This document shows, in pieces, positions 1 to 9,650 of a DNA stretch of 64,000 nucleotides (within the stretch, counting starts at the first letter, position 1; the number at the start of each line of letters is the position of its first letter). The translations under genes and the position numbers were made by a program. Source of the stretch: Puniceicoccaceae bacterium. GTDB lineage: Bacteria > Verrucomicrobiota > Verrucomicrobiia > Opitutales > Oceanipulchritudinaceae. The DNA is taken from positions 32,001 through 96,000 of the forward strand of contig JBFOMH010000003.1 in assembly GCA_040830765.1 (NCBI GenBank). Reading direction: 5' to 3'. The notes beneath the pieces were generated by a model that made no database searches, was not told the origin of the DNA, and saw nothing but the letters and a program-made list of their open reading frames with translations.

Positions 1-1772
1 AGCAGGATTAATGAAGCGGCAAGGATCGCAGCGACAATAAATTTCATTACCGAGACGAGAACGGACCAATCCAGCCAGATCAGTCCGTTCCGGCCCATTT
101 CATTCAGCAGCTTCGGCAGCTTGGACCAGCGCATTGTTTTCCAGAAATGGGGCCTGTTGTCGGTGGGAACATTGCGGCTGTACCAGTCCGCTTCCTCAGG
201 CAATTTGCCCACTCCGGAAAACAGGGCCAGCGCCGCCTCGTGGTAGACGGGCCGATCAAGGATGTGGAAGCGATTTGACTCAGCTGATTCCAGGCCCGGC
301 AGGATGGAAATGTCAAACGATCCCCGGTGACAGAAGTTCCTTATCATCTCTAACTCCGGTGTACTCAAGCTATCCCGGAATACCATGAACAAGGCCTCTT
401 CCATGGAACGGACCATCGCCAGGCGGCCCAGCGGATCCGCAATCTCCCGACGCACAAGCGTTGTGCGGATAAGTTCCAGCAAGCGAATCGCGTCCCTGGG
501 GGGATTGGATAAATGTAGTGGAATGACCAGTACTCCATTTTCCTCCAGGGCCGAGTAGCAGGCTTCCATCCCCTCGACAGTCAGGAGATAATCGACATCC
601 ACGGCGTCCCCACCCATCGAGGCACCGGTCAAGATAAGAAGACAGAATTCCTCATCGGTCTTATCCACATACTGCCGGGGAAACGAGTGTACCATGCGGG
701 CACCAGGAAACATTTCCCGCTCGCGGTACAATTGCAGAATCGGTGCACTGCCATCCACAACAGTTATCTCCCGGGAGGGGCCATCCATGGGCAACATCCA
801 GTCACTGGCCCCAAGGACAGCCACGGAGCCCTCAGGGCGGAGATAAAACGGCAGTGCGACAAGCGTTGATTGTGCGTATCCTGCGTGTTCGGACGCATCA
901 CCCTTGCGCCAAACGGGTATGACCCTGTCAGCTTCAAGCACGGCCGCATCAACCGGCGGGAGGGGATGCTCCCACTGCACGCTAAGGCCGCGCCCAATGC
1001 GAATGCTCCCGGAGCGCACCACCGTTACGTCCGCCTGGACTCCGGGATGGCGGGAAATGATCTGCGCGTCCGGCAGGTCCAGCAAATAAGCCAGTTGCTT
1101 GAAATCGGAGATCCGAAGCGGGGCAACCCCCGAAAGCAGGACCGAAAGCAGCAGCAGAAAACCACCAAGGCCGATAAGGCCCAAACGGGGTGACCGGGAT
1201 CCCAAAATCCCGAATGCCCCAATGGCAACAAGGAGGCACAACGGAATTATCAGAAGCGCCTCCTCCAGATGAAAGAACGAAAGGACGATCAATGGCAGGA
1301 TGCAGCCAAGAGCGGAACCCAACAAACTGGCTCCATAAAGACGTGGAGTGGCCAAGGGCCAGCGCAGAAAGACCTGGCCAATGGAAACCGCCAGCCCGAG
1401 GAATGGGATAAACGCGATAAAGTCCAGCAGCAGCAACTTGAATAGTTCCCCACCGTCCCAAAGGGCGAACAAAGGCCGAACCAGTATCCAGCGGGGAAGC
1501 TGGAAGGCAGCAACCATGCCACCAGCTCCCAGCAAAAGTCCGGAAAGGAACAGACGGTCGCCCCACTTGACGGCCCGTTGGCCAAGCAGCGTCAATAACG
1601 TTCCAGCCACCCCGAATCCGAGCAGGGCCAAGGCCACTGCCAGCGAGGCGAAGTGATGCCACTGACTGAAGCTGAAGACCCGCAGAAGGATGATTTCCAG
1701 GGAGAGAACAGCCGCGGAGGCAACACCGACAAGCAGGTAATCCGCAAGGCGGGGCGAGCCCTCGCCTTTCAT
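1..1772 (-). CDS. Multi-TM membrane protein with spermidine-synthase/SAM-MTase-like domain (3' end runs off the window)
   Basis: Not in the ORF track because it runs off the edge. Manual translation from ATG 1772 (ATGA overlap with the pcm stop) gives MKGEGSPRLADYLLVGVASAAVLSLEIILLRVFSFSQWHHFASLAVALALLGFGVAGT. Further on, VAVLGASDW...EITVVD resembles a Rossmann MTase fold. Only parts of the frame were checked. Confidence 0.7.
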   Translation of the reverse strand, partial: MKGEGSPRLADYLLVGVASAAVLSLEIILLRVFSFSQWHHFASLAVALALLGFGVAGTLLTLLGQRAVKWGDRLFLSGLLLGAGGMVAAFQLPRWILVRPLFALWDGGELFKLLLLDFIAFIPFLGLAVSIGQVFLRWPLATPRLYGASLLGSALGCILPLIVLSFFHLEEALLIIPLCLLVAIGAFGILGSRSPRLGLIGLGGFLLLLSVLLSGVAPLRISDFKQLAYLLDLPDAQIISRHPGVQADVTVVRSGSIRIGRGLSVQWEHPLPPVDAAVLEADRVIPVWRKGDASEHAGYAQSTLVALPFYLRPEGSVAVLGASDWMLPMDGPSREITVVDGSAPILQLYREREMFPGARMVHSFPRQYVDKTDEEFCLLILTGASMGGDAVDVDYLLTVEGMEACYSALEENGVLVIPLHLSNPPRDAIRLLELIRTTLVRREIADPLGRLAMVRSMEEALFMVFRDSLSTPELEMIRNFCHRGSFDISILPGLESAESNRFHILDRPVYHEAALALFSGVGKLPEEADWYSRNVPTDNRPHFWKTMRWSKLPKLLNEMGRNGLIWLDWSVLVSVMKFIVAAILAASLIL

Positions 1773-2488
1773 CGCTTCTCCCTGGTCAAGGGAACAAAGC
1801 GAACAGGAAGCATGTTCCTTGTAGTGACAACGCCATCACGATCCTTCTCGACGAGGATCAGGTTTTGCGTCCATCCAGTTTCTCCGACGGGAATAACCAT
1901 GCGACCGCCGGGCTTGAGCTGGGCCAGCAAGGGAGGAGGGATGTGCTTTGCTGCCGCAGTCACGATAATGGCATCGTAAGGTCCGTCCGCCTCGTGTCCG
2001 AAATACCCGTCCTTGTGATGTACGGTTATGTTGCCAAACCCCAGGGTCGCGAGGTCTTCCCGGGCACGCCCGGCAAGGGCGGCTATGATTTCGACACTAA
2101 TCACCTTCTGGACAATCATCGCCAAGACGGCGGCCTGATATCCCGATCCGGTCCCGACTTCCAGGACAACATCTTCCGGCTCCAGTTCCAGCAGTTCCGT
2201 CATTCGGGCAACGATGTACGGTTGGGAAATCGTCTGCCCGTGGCCGATGGGCAGCGGGCGGTCTGCATAAGCACTTCCCCGGAGATTGCGGGGGATCAGC
2301 CGGTGCCGCGGAACGGCCCGCATGGCTTTAAGGACAGCGCTGTCCCGGACTCCCCTGCCCTCTATCTGCCGCGCAACCATGTCTTCACGCCCGGCCTTGA
2401 ATGGCTCCTCTGAGAAGTCGGGCGTTGGCGCGCCGATAAGGTTGAGCCAGGAAATAAGGATCAACAGACTGAAACAGCATCTACGCAT
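1769..2488 (-). CDS. pcm: Protein-L-isoaspartate O-methyltransferase with N-terminal signal-like segment
   Basis: Motifs GQTISQPY, VLEVGTGSGYQAA, PYDAIIVTAA, GGRMVIPVG and VRFVPL. Start set at MRRCCFSLL. Confidence 0.93.
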   Translation of the reverse strand: MRRCCFSLLILISWLNLIGAPTPDFSEEPFKAGREDMVARQIEGRGVRDSAVLKAMRAVPRHRLIPRNLRGSAYADRPLPIGHGQTISQPYIVARMTELLELEPEDVVLEVGTGSGYQAAVLAMIVQKVISVEIIAALAGRAREDLATLGFGNITVHHKDGYFGHEADGPYDAIIVTAAAKHIPPPLLAQLKPGGRMVIPVGETGWTQNLILVEKDRDGVVTTRNMLPVRFVPLTREKR

Positions 2489-2575
2489 GTTGGATTTCTC
2501 CATCAGCATGCTAAAGCATCCCGCTGGCAGGAGCAAGGATTATGGAGAGCAGACTCTCCGGTCACAGGGGATGGC

Positions 2576-3139
2576 TCAAATGCCGGGCCACAACCAGCCG
2601 AACACTCCCGCCGTCAGCAATGAATAAATCAATCCATCCAGCATCGACTTGAGGGTGGAGCTCCACTTTTTGGCATACCAGATTGAGTTCTGCGCCAAGG
2701 CGACGGCATAGCCGATGAAAGCCGTGCAACCAGCAATCTGGAATACCTTCATGTAATGGGCACCTTCCGGCAGCGCCGCTCCGGCAATGTAGGCCGCAAG
2801 GACGCTCACGACGAGGCAATAGATGAACCATTGGGCCAGGCTGGAACCCATGTTCCAGGGACCGTTCTTCATCACGGTCACCAGGGCCACGGGCCCTTCC
2901 TCCATCTTTTTCATGAACGCTTCATCCTTCATCGCATTGCCACTGCTGCAGTGCGGAATCATGTAATCCCCGGGGGGAATGTTGAACTTTCCCAGGGATT
3001 CACGGACATCGTCCTCGGAGGGGACTCCAGAAAAGTCGGACCGGTGATAGGTCAGGAACATGTGGATTGCCCAACTGGCAAAAAATACCAGCACCGTGGA
3101 CACAAGAATCGGTAACCAGAGAGAGAGTATGCTAACCAT
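2576..3139 (-). CDS. Hypothetical membrane protein (about 5 TM)
   Basis: 187-aa ORF with hydrophobic segments and a strong AGGAGG RBS upstream. Confidence 0.8.
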   Translation of the reverse strand: MVSILSLWLPILVSTVLVFFASWAIHMFLTYHRSDFSGVPSEDDVRESLGKFNIPPGDYMIPHCSSGNAMKDEAFMKKMEEGPVALVTVMKNGPWNMGSSLAQWFIYCLVVSVLAAYIAGAALPEGAHYMKVFQIAGCTAFIGYAVALAQNSIWYAKKWSSTLKSMLDGLIYSLLTAGVFGWLWPGI

Positions 3140-3290
3140 TTTTACCTCCTTAATAGTGAGTAGTGATTCGAGAAGGTCTCGACAATACCCAGCTCCGGTC
3201 CTGATTCAATGCAATTCCGCAAGCCCGGGTTTGGGATTGCCGGAGAGCTGGTCGGCACTATAGCATCGCACCACTCTCCACGGCTCGAGC

Positions 3291-5111
3291 ATGAAGCGAA
3301 CGCATCCATACGATCCCATTCAGTGGACCTCTCTGTTCCTCATTATCCTGCTTGTAGCCGTCCTCGGTGGTTGCCGTTCACCCGCTGATGTTGCTCCCCC
3401 GCCAAATCCCGGGCCAGCACCCGATATCCAGAGGGACAAGCGGCTGAGCGGAGATAATCCACAAGCCTCGAGGATTCTGGACTCAGCCGCCGAAGAAGCC
3501 GGGTCGCACCGCATCATCCTCCTTGAGTCGGGCGATGACGCCCTGCTGGCAAGGATCCACCTCATTCGTTCAGCCCGTGAATCCATCGACATCCAGACCT
3601 TCATCTGGGTCTATGACCGAAGCGGGCAATGGGTCTACCGGGAACTGCTGGAAGCCGCCCGTCGTGGTGTCAAGGTAAGGCTGCTCATTGACCAGTTCAT
3701 CAATCCCGAGCTACCGGCGGAGGAATACGCTGCCATCGCCACCGCCCATGAAAACCTGGAAATCCGGCTCTTCAGGCCCCTCACTGTAAATGCCATCAAC
3801 CGGCAATGGGACGTCACCCGACGCACCTTCACCCGCTTTGCGACGATGAACCACCGGATGCATCACAAGGTTTTCCTTGTTGACGGGCAGGCGGCCATTC
3901 TCGGCGGACGCAATTACCAGGACGCTTATTTCGACCGGGACTCCACGCTCAGTTTTCGGGATCGGGATGTCCTCGTAATGGGCCCCGCCTGCGACGACAT
4001 CAGCCGCTTTTTCGAACTCTTCTGGCAGCATGAGATGTCCTTCGAGGCAAGCCGGATGAAGGACCTCAAGAAAGCCCTTGAAACGGATGCGGCCCGTTTG
4101 CCGGATTCCCTCGAAGCCCCGCTGGACCCGATATTCCATGAGGACGACCTGCTGGCCAACCTCTATGATTTGAGAGCTATCCGGCCAACATTCAAGGAAT
4201 GGGTGGTCGGCAAAATCGAGTACATCTCCGACAAGCCGATCAAGGTCACTCAATACAGCAATCCGGGATTCCTCAATCCCTTCGCCAGCCTGAGGAATTT
4301 CATCGCCGAGGCAGACACTGAGGTTCTTATCCAGACTCCTTACTCGGTATTTGAGGACCGGACCTACAAGCGGTGGCGCAAGATTCGCAAGCAACGGCCG
4401 GAAGTCCGGGTCTGCCTCTCGACCAACAGTCTCTCATCCGCCGACCACGTCTATGTCGGCAGCATGGCCCTGAAACAGCGGCGGGCACAGATTGAGAGCC
4501 TCGGCATCGAGCTCTACCTTGCCAAGCCGGTTCCCGGGGACATCCGGGAGATGGTCCCTCGCTACGAAACATTGCTCCATGAGTCTGCCTCATCCCTTGA
4601 TCCGGACTGGGAAGAGGATCCGGAAATCATGCAACTGGACATTGAGGGTCCGCGCTTTTGCATCCATGCCAAGACGATGATCTTCGACCGCAAGATCAGT
4701 TTTATCGGCTCGCACAACTTTGATCCCCGTTCCATGAACCTGAACACGGAATGCGGTGTCGTCATCCGGGATGTCGCCTTTTCGCGGTATCTGGCGGAAT
4801 TTTACGACCGGGCGATCCATCCGGACAACAGTTGGGTCGTGGCCCCGAGGGATTTTGCGCCGATCGTCGGGGAAGTGAACAGTTTTATTGGCCTCGTCTC
4901 CACCAGCTTGCCCCTGTTCGACATCTGGCCGCTGGAGCATGTCTCCTGTTATGAAATGCTTGAAGGGGCGGAACCTCTCTCACCCTACGACGAGTCCTTC
5001 CACGAAAGCTATGAGGATGTTGGCCCCTTCCCCGGACTGGACCTTGGACTCGAACCCGTCAAGGTTCGACTCCTGAGGGCCATTGGGGATCCGGCAGTCC
5101 CCCTGATGTAG
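3291..5111 (+). CDS. Phospholipase D family lipoprotein (ClsC/YmdC-like cardiolipin synthase)
   Basis: Two HxKxxxxD motifs (HHKVFLVD...GGRN and HAKTMIFD...GSHNFDPRS..LNTE) and lipobox LGGC. Confidence 0.88.
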   Translation: MKRTHPYDPIQWTSLFLIILLVAVLGGCRSPADVAPPPNPGPAPDIQRDKRLSGDNPQASRILDSAAEEAGSHRIILLESGDDALLARIHLIRSARESIDIQTFIWVYDRSGQWVYRELLEAARRGVKVRLLIDQFINPELPAEEYAAIATAHENLEIRLFRPLTVNAINRQWDVTRRTFTRFATMNHRMHHKVFLVDGQAAILGGRNYQDAYFDRDSTLSFRDRDVLVMGPACDDISRFFELFWQHEMSFEASRMKDLKKALETDAARLPDSLEAPLDPIFHEDDLLANLYDLRAIRPTFKEWVVGKIEYISDKPIKVTQYSNPGFLNPFASLRNFIAEADTEVLIQTPYSVFEDRTYKRWRKIRKQRPEVRVCLSTNSLSSADHVYVGSMALKQRRAQIESLGIELYLAKPVPGDIREMVPRYETLLHESASSLDPDWEEDPEIMQLDIEGPRFCIHAKTMIFDRKISFIGSHNFDPRSMNLNTECGVVIRDVAFSRYLAEFYDRAIHPDNSWVVAPRDFAPIVGEVNSFIGLVSTSLPLFDIWPLEHVSCYEMLEGAEPLSPYDESFHESYEDVGPFPGLDLGLEPVKVRLLRAIGDPAVPLM

Positions 5112-5135
5112 CCAATTTTGGCTACAGTTGGCAAT

Positions 5136-5795
5136 TCATTCCAACCCGTCCCGGGCAATGTTCTGGAAGTCCGTCTGGTTGACGAAGCCCTTCTGCATGG
5201 CGTAACGGATCAATTCGACCGTTGAGTGCAGTCCCAACTTGCGCATGATGCGCGCCTTGTGGTTCTGCACGCTGACCGGCCGCAGGTTCAGGCTCTCGGC
5301 AATCCGCTCGTTGGAGGCACCGGCCCCGAAGTAACGGAGCAGTTCCTGTTCCCGCTCGGTCAGGATTTTTGAAAACGCCAGGGGGTCCGTCTTCTGGATA
5401 AGCATGTTCTGCTGCACCGTGGCGGCATAATAGCAATTTCCTTCCCCAAGTTGCTGCACCGCTTTCTTCAGTTCCTCAATGGACTCGGTGTTCTTGTCAA
5501 CGAATCCAAACAGGCCGGTCATGAAGACCCGGTAGAGGGTGTACTCGTCGGTGCGTCCCGAGACACCGAGGATCCGCAGCTTGGGATTGACCTTGAGCAT
5601 GCGGTTGGCCAAGTCCAGACCGCTCCCGTCCGGCAGCTCAATATCGAGAATGGCGACATCCGGATTGTATTTTTCAAAGGCCTTCCACCCATCCTTGATA
5701 GTCTGGCAAGTGGCCACCAGTTCGAATTTTTCGGTCAGGCAATTACTGACCAGATCGATGCCCAGCTTTTGATCTTCAATGATGATGGTTTTCAT
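5136..5795 (-). CDS. NarL/LuxR-family response regulator
   Basis: Receiver domain (ED..., LDIELPDGSG, K) plus LuxR HTH (LTEREQELL...IAESLNL..VSVQNHKARIMRKLG). ATGA overlap with the kinase stop. Confidence 0.93.
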   Translation of the reverse strand: MKTIIIEDQKLGIDLVSNCLTEKFELVATCQTIKDGWKAFEKYNPDVAILDIELPDGSGLDLANRMLKVNPKLRILGVSGRTDEYTLYRVFMTGLFGFVDKNTESIEELKKAVQQLGEGNCYYAATVQQNMLIQKTDPLAFSKILTEREQELLRYFGAGASNERIAESLNLRPVSVQNHKARIMRKLGLHSTVELIRYAMQKGFVNQTDFQNIARDGLE

Positions 5796-8700
5796 GACCG
5801 TCTCCATTTCCGCAGTTCCAGTAGCCCTACGTGTATCTCGTCCATGTCACCGTTCTGGGCGGACACTTGTAAGTCACGACATACCTGCTGCATGGCGCGA
5901 TTATTCCGGATCATGGCGAGGGTAGTCAAGCGATGGGCGCATCGACGGAGATTTTCCCACTCGTAGCGGTCTCCGTAAAGGAGGCATTCGTCGATATGTT
6001 TGTAAATTTCCTCCATCACCTCATCGGCGGCTACCATATCGGTGGTGCTGGCGAGCTCCGGCTTGTAATTCTGGATATTGGCCAGACAGTAGGCCAGGCG
6101 GGCAGCTGTCAGTGGCTTGCTGATATAGCCATTCATGCCCGCTTCCTCGCTTTCGCGCTTTTTCTCCCCATCGGTATAGGCCGTTACGGCGACCAGGATA
6201 ACCTCGTCATCAGGATCCTTCTTGCGGTGGCGGCGGGCGATTTCCGGGCCGGTCAACCCGGGAAGGTCCCAATCCAGCAGGGCAAGGTAGTAGTCGTTCT
6301 TCTCCAGCTGTTCGAGGGCATCCCGGCCGTTCTCAGCCTCGTCGCAGGAACAACCAATGGTCTCAAAGAACTCCACCACCGAACGGCGGTTGTAGACCAG
6401 GTCATCCACGACGAGAATCTTTTTACCCTTCAACTGGGCCAGGACCGCCTCCTTGTCGAGCTCGGTGGCTCCCTCGACACGATCGAAGCGCCCCTTGAGG
6501 ACAAAGCGGCAACCGGAAGGTTGATTGTCTTCCAGCCGCAAGTGTCCCCCCATGGCATGGGCGATTTCCTGACAAATGGACAATCCCAGTCCCGTCCCGT
6601 GCTTCCCGCTTTCCACACCGCTTTCACCCCGGTAGAAGCGCTCAAAAATGAATTCGCGTTCGGACTCGTCAATGCCGATGCCCCAGTCGGCAACATACAG
6701 TTCAAGGTCGACTTCATGGTCGGTGATGTTGATGCAGGTGGCTCCAATCTCCACCCGGTCCGACTCCGCGTACTGGAGGGCATTAACCAGCAGGTTGCTC
6801 AAAATCTTGATCATCCAGTTCCGGTCTGTCCGGATGACGACATCAGCCAGTTCCGGGGAAATGACCGTGTTCAGGTTCACCATCTCATGCTGAAGGCTGA
6901 ACTGGTTCTGTTTCACCGAGCTCTCGATCAGGTCGTGGATGGAAACAGGTATGAAGGCCGTCGGGATGTTTTTCTGATCAATGGCCGAAAAGTCGAGGAT
7001 CTCACCCAGCATCCGGTCAACAATGACTCCGAATTCGGTCAGGTCCTTCAAGCGGGGATCATCTCCGGATTCCGGTGGATTCCTGGTCAGGGTCTCGGTA
7101 ATCATGAGAACCCCGTTCAAGGGATTGCGGATGTCATGCGACAAGCCGGCGAGGAAGTTAGTCCGAGCTGCGGTGGCGGCCTCCAATTCCCGTGTCTGTT
7201 TCTTGACCTCGCTTTGCAACCAGAGGTTGGTCCGCTTCAATTGCGCCGAACGCAGGGCGAACAAGCCCCAGAAAAAGAAGAGGGCCGCCACGACCATGAC
7301 TCCCTGGTAGATGGGATTCAAGTACCAGGGCGGGGCGATCCCGAATTGCACCAGCTTGGAGGAGGAAACATTTCCATTCGGGTGCATGGCCCGCAACTCC
7401 ACCGTGAAGTTGCCATGCCCGGCAAACTGCAGGGACGGATCCTGCAAATTGACGTTTCGCCACCGCTGCTCGTTGATGCGGTACTGGACGATGCTGGGAA
7501 TGTCCGGCTCGGAGAAATTCACCTGCAGGTCAATGAAGTGCATGCCGCTGGGAATGGTCCGGTCCTCGATGCGCTTGTCTTCCAGCAGCAGGGCAAACTC
7601 GACCCGGGGTGCCGCCGCTCGGGACAATTCCGGAACCGCATACCAACCGACACCATGCGCCCCGACGATGCCCAGCCGCTCACCCCCACCCATCAGGCCA
7701 ATTGCTTCCCCGGCCTGCTCCAGGAACGGAACGGTCATCATGATGTTGCCGGCGTCGGAATACATGCCGACGGCAAGGTTTCGCGTGGCTGGATCTTCAA
7801 AAAGGACATAGGTATCCTCGCCCGAGTTACTGAGTGACCTGACGGTCCATCCTGGTGCCAGGGGGAAGCGTTCCAGCGATTCACCCCTCCATCGATAGAC
7901 AACCGTCGGGGAGGCCAGCCAGACCGCATTCTCACCCGCCGCATGGGCAATGATGACGTCCTCCATCTTGTAGGGGAGCTCCACTGAGCGCCATCCGGAC
8001 CCTTCCCGGATTAACTGCAGAATCTGCTTGCCCCCGATGAGGGCGTAAAAGCCGGAATCCAATTCTCCAATCAGCTCAATCTGGCGCTCATCCTTGTGAA
8101 TCAGTTCGAGTTCGAATGTGTCGGAAACTGAGTAGATTCCCTCCACCCCAAGGGCAAAGCCCGTTGATTGGCCCCACTTGAAGCTGGATATCGGTTGGGT
8201 GAGCTCTCTTACCGACCAATCTTCTCCATTAAATTCTTCGTAAATATTAACTGCTCCCATCACTGGGAGGCCGTCCTTGTCAACATCCACCCAGCTCGCC
8301 GTCCGCAGGAGTTCACCTTTCTCATAACCATCATTATCCAACCGGATCCAACCCTCATCCAGAAAGAGAAAGCCTGCCTCTTCCCCAGCCAGAAAATGCC
8401 GGACACTGTCCCCTTCCCAAAGCTCCCCGGAAGGGAAAAACTTGGACTCCCTGCTGAAGTCAACCACCCCCACGCCCTTGTCACCAAGCATGGCGATCCG
8501 GGTTTTATCAAGGGCCCGGATCTTGAAAACATCGCCCAGATCCAGCTTTTCATCGCTGCTAACGCTTTCACTGATGCGTTCCAGTGACCGGTTCCATACC
8601 GCCACCCCGAGCGGGTACTCAGTAATGGCGATATAATCGCCAAGACCCGCTGAATTATTGATGCCCTTCTTGAAAAAGTCCCCGTAGTTGGAATTGATAA

Positions 8701-9406
8701 GAACCGGTTCATCGTTCTTCTTTCCCGACCAGTAATATACCCCGAAATTGGTCCCGAAGGTGTACTTCTCCCCGGTCCTTTCGAGCCAGGCGACCAGTTC
8801 TCCGTCCGTCATTTCAATGGGAAGGATAAGTTCCCGGCCTTCGGCCGTTATGCGCCAGATACCAGAACCTGACCCGACATACAAAAACGGATTTTCCGCA
8901 TCGGCATGGTAGACTACCGGCCGGGGATTAAAGGTCTCTTTCCAGTGCTGTCCGACTTGGAACGTATCTGGCTCGATCCATCCAAATCCCTCTGAAGCAA
9001 TATACCACAAACGGTCCAGGTACCACTCCAACGACCATACAAAACCGACTTCAAGGGTTGAGAATCCGACAAGTTTTCCCGATCTGTCGAAGCCGCCAAC
9101 ACCGGCGGAATCAGCAAACCAGAGTGTGTTTCCATTCGGTGAAACGGCGAGTGCGGTAACGCGCCCGGAGGGCCGTATTGTCTCCCACTGGTCACCGCTG
9201 AGCCGATACAATCCCTCCCCTGCGAGCCATATATCATCCGCGAACAGGCTGACATCATGATAGCTTGCCGGCGGCACCGATTCGAGCTTTTCGGCGAAGC
9301 GGTAGGCGGGACCCGTTAATGGATCCGCAATCAGGACGTTGATAAAATTTAATCCAACGAGGAATAGGAACTGTGGAAATATGGATGAAGACATTTTTTT
9401 AAACAT
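5792..9406 (-). CDS. Hybrid sensor histidine kinase: large periplasmic beta-propeller-like/Y_Y_Y-like sensor, TM, HisKA, HATPase, receiver, Hpt-like tail
   Basis: H-box SHDIRNPLNG, N-box NLLVNA, G1 DWGIG, G2 GTGLGL, receiver VDD/DWDLP/KP and C-terminal CAHRL. The real start is probably 9406 or 9394 (signal-like MSSSIFPQFLFLVGLNFINVLIA), not 9562. Confidence 0.9.
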   Translation of the reverse strand: MFKKMSSSIFPQFLFLVGLNFINVLIADPLTGPAYRFAEKLESVPPASYHDVSLFADDIWLAGEGLYRLSGDQWETIRPSGRVTALAVSPNGNTLWFADSAGVGGFDRSGKLVGFSTLEVGFVWSLEWYLDRLWYIASEGFGWIEPDTFQVGQHWKETFNPRPVVYHADAENPFLYVGSGSGIWRITAEGRELILPIEMTDGELVAWLERTGEKYTFGTNFGVYYWSGKKNDEPVLINSNYGDFFKKGINNSAGLGDYIAITEYPLGVAVWNRSLERISESVSSDEKLDLGDVFKIRALDKTRIAMLGDKGVGVVDFSRESKFFPSGELWEGDSVRHFLAGEEAGFLFLDEGWIRLDNDGYEKGELLRTASWVDVDKDGLPVMGAVNIYEEFNGEDWSVRELTQPISSFKWGQSTGFALGVEGIYSVSDTFELELIHKDERQIELIGELDSGFYALIGGKQILQLIREGSGWRSVELPYKMEDVIIAHAAGENAVWLASPTVVYRWRGESLERFPLAPGWTVRSLSNSGEDTYVLFEDPATRNLAVGMYSDAGNIMMTVPFLEQAGEAIGLMGGGERLGIVGAHGVGWYAVPELSRAAAPRVEFALLLEDKRIEDRTIPSGMHFIDLQVNFSEPDIPSIVQYRINEQRWRNVNLQDPSLQFAGHGNFTVELRAMHPNGNVSSSKLVQFGIAPPWYLNPIYQGVMVVAALFFFWGLFALRSAQLKRTNLWLQSEVKKQTRELEAATAARTNFLAGLSHDIRNPLNGVLMITETLTRNPPESGDDPRLKDLTEFGVIVDRMLGEILDFSAIDQKNIPTAFIPVSIHDLIESSVKQNQFSLQHEMVNLNTVISPELADVVIRTDRNWMIKILSNLLVNALQYAESDRVEIGATCINITDHEVDLELYVADWGIGIDESEREFIFERFYRGESGVESGKHGTGLGLSICQEIAHAMGGHLRLEDNQPSGCRFVLKGRFDRVEGATELDKEAVLAQLKGKKILVVDDLVYNRRSVVEFFETIGCSCDEAENGRDALEQLEKNDYYLALLDWDLPGLTGPEIARRHRKKDPDDEVILVAVTAYTDGEKKRESEEAGMNGYISKPLTAARLAYCLANIQNYKPELASTTDMVAADEVMEEIYKHIDECLLYGDRYEWENLRRCAHRLTTLAMIRNNRAMQQVCRDLQVSAQNGDMDEIHVGLLELRKWRRS

Positions 9407-9425
9407 ACTGTAAAAATGGAGCCCT

Positions 9426-9593
9426 ATGAAAAACATCAAACGCATCCTAATACTCGTTGTGGCTATCTGTTTAGCCTCAGTCGGGCTAAATGCACAAGCT
9501 GAAACCGTCAGTAAGAAGGTAATCAAGGATTTGGACTCCAAGAGTTCCGGTTCCATTCTCATGAGTATCTACTGTATCGTCGGCATCAAGTAG
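9426..9593 (+). CDS. 55-aa secreted peptide; candidate RiPP/signal-peptide precursor
   Basis: Manual translation: MKNIKRILILVVAICLASVGLNAQA|ETVSKKVIKDLDSKSSGSILMSIYCIVGIK. It has a basic n-region, an h-region and an AQA cleavage site, with GGAG upstream, and lies 57 bp before the YcaO-like gene. Confidence 0.75.
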   Translation: MKNIKRILILVVAICLASVGLNAQAETVSKKVIKDLDSKSSGSILMSIYCIVGIK

Positions 9594-9650
9594 CCCTTAG
9601 GAGTAACGCAACACTGAATACTAACCGTAACGTATAACAAAGGCCTAGAA

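Noticed and set aside
5933..7837. 634-aa plus-strand ORF and similar long antisense ORFs across the window
   Set aside because: These are shadow frames of real genes in high-GC DNA and have no recognisable motifs.
9407..9562. N-terminal extension of the histidine kinase given in the ORF track
   Set aside because: It places about 50 atypical residues before a signal-like segment and overlaps, antisense, a much more convincing peptide ORF.
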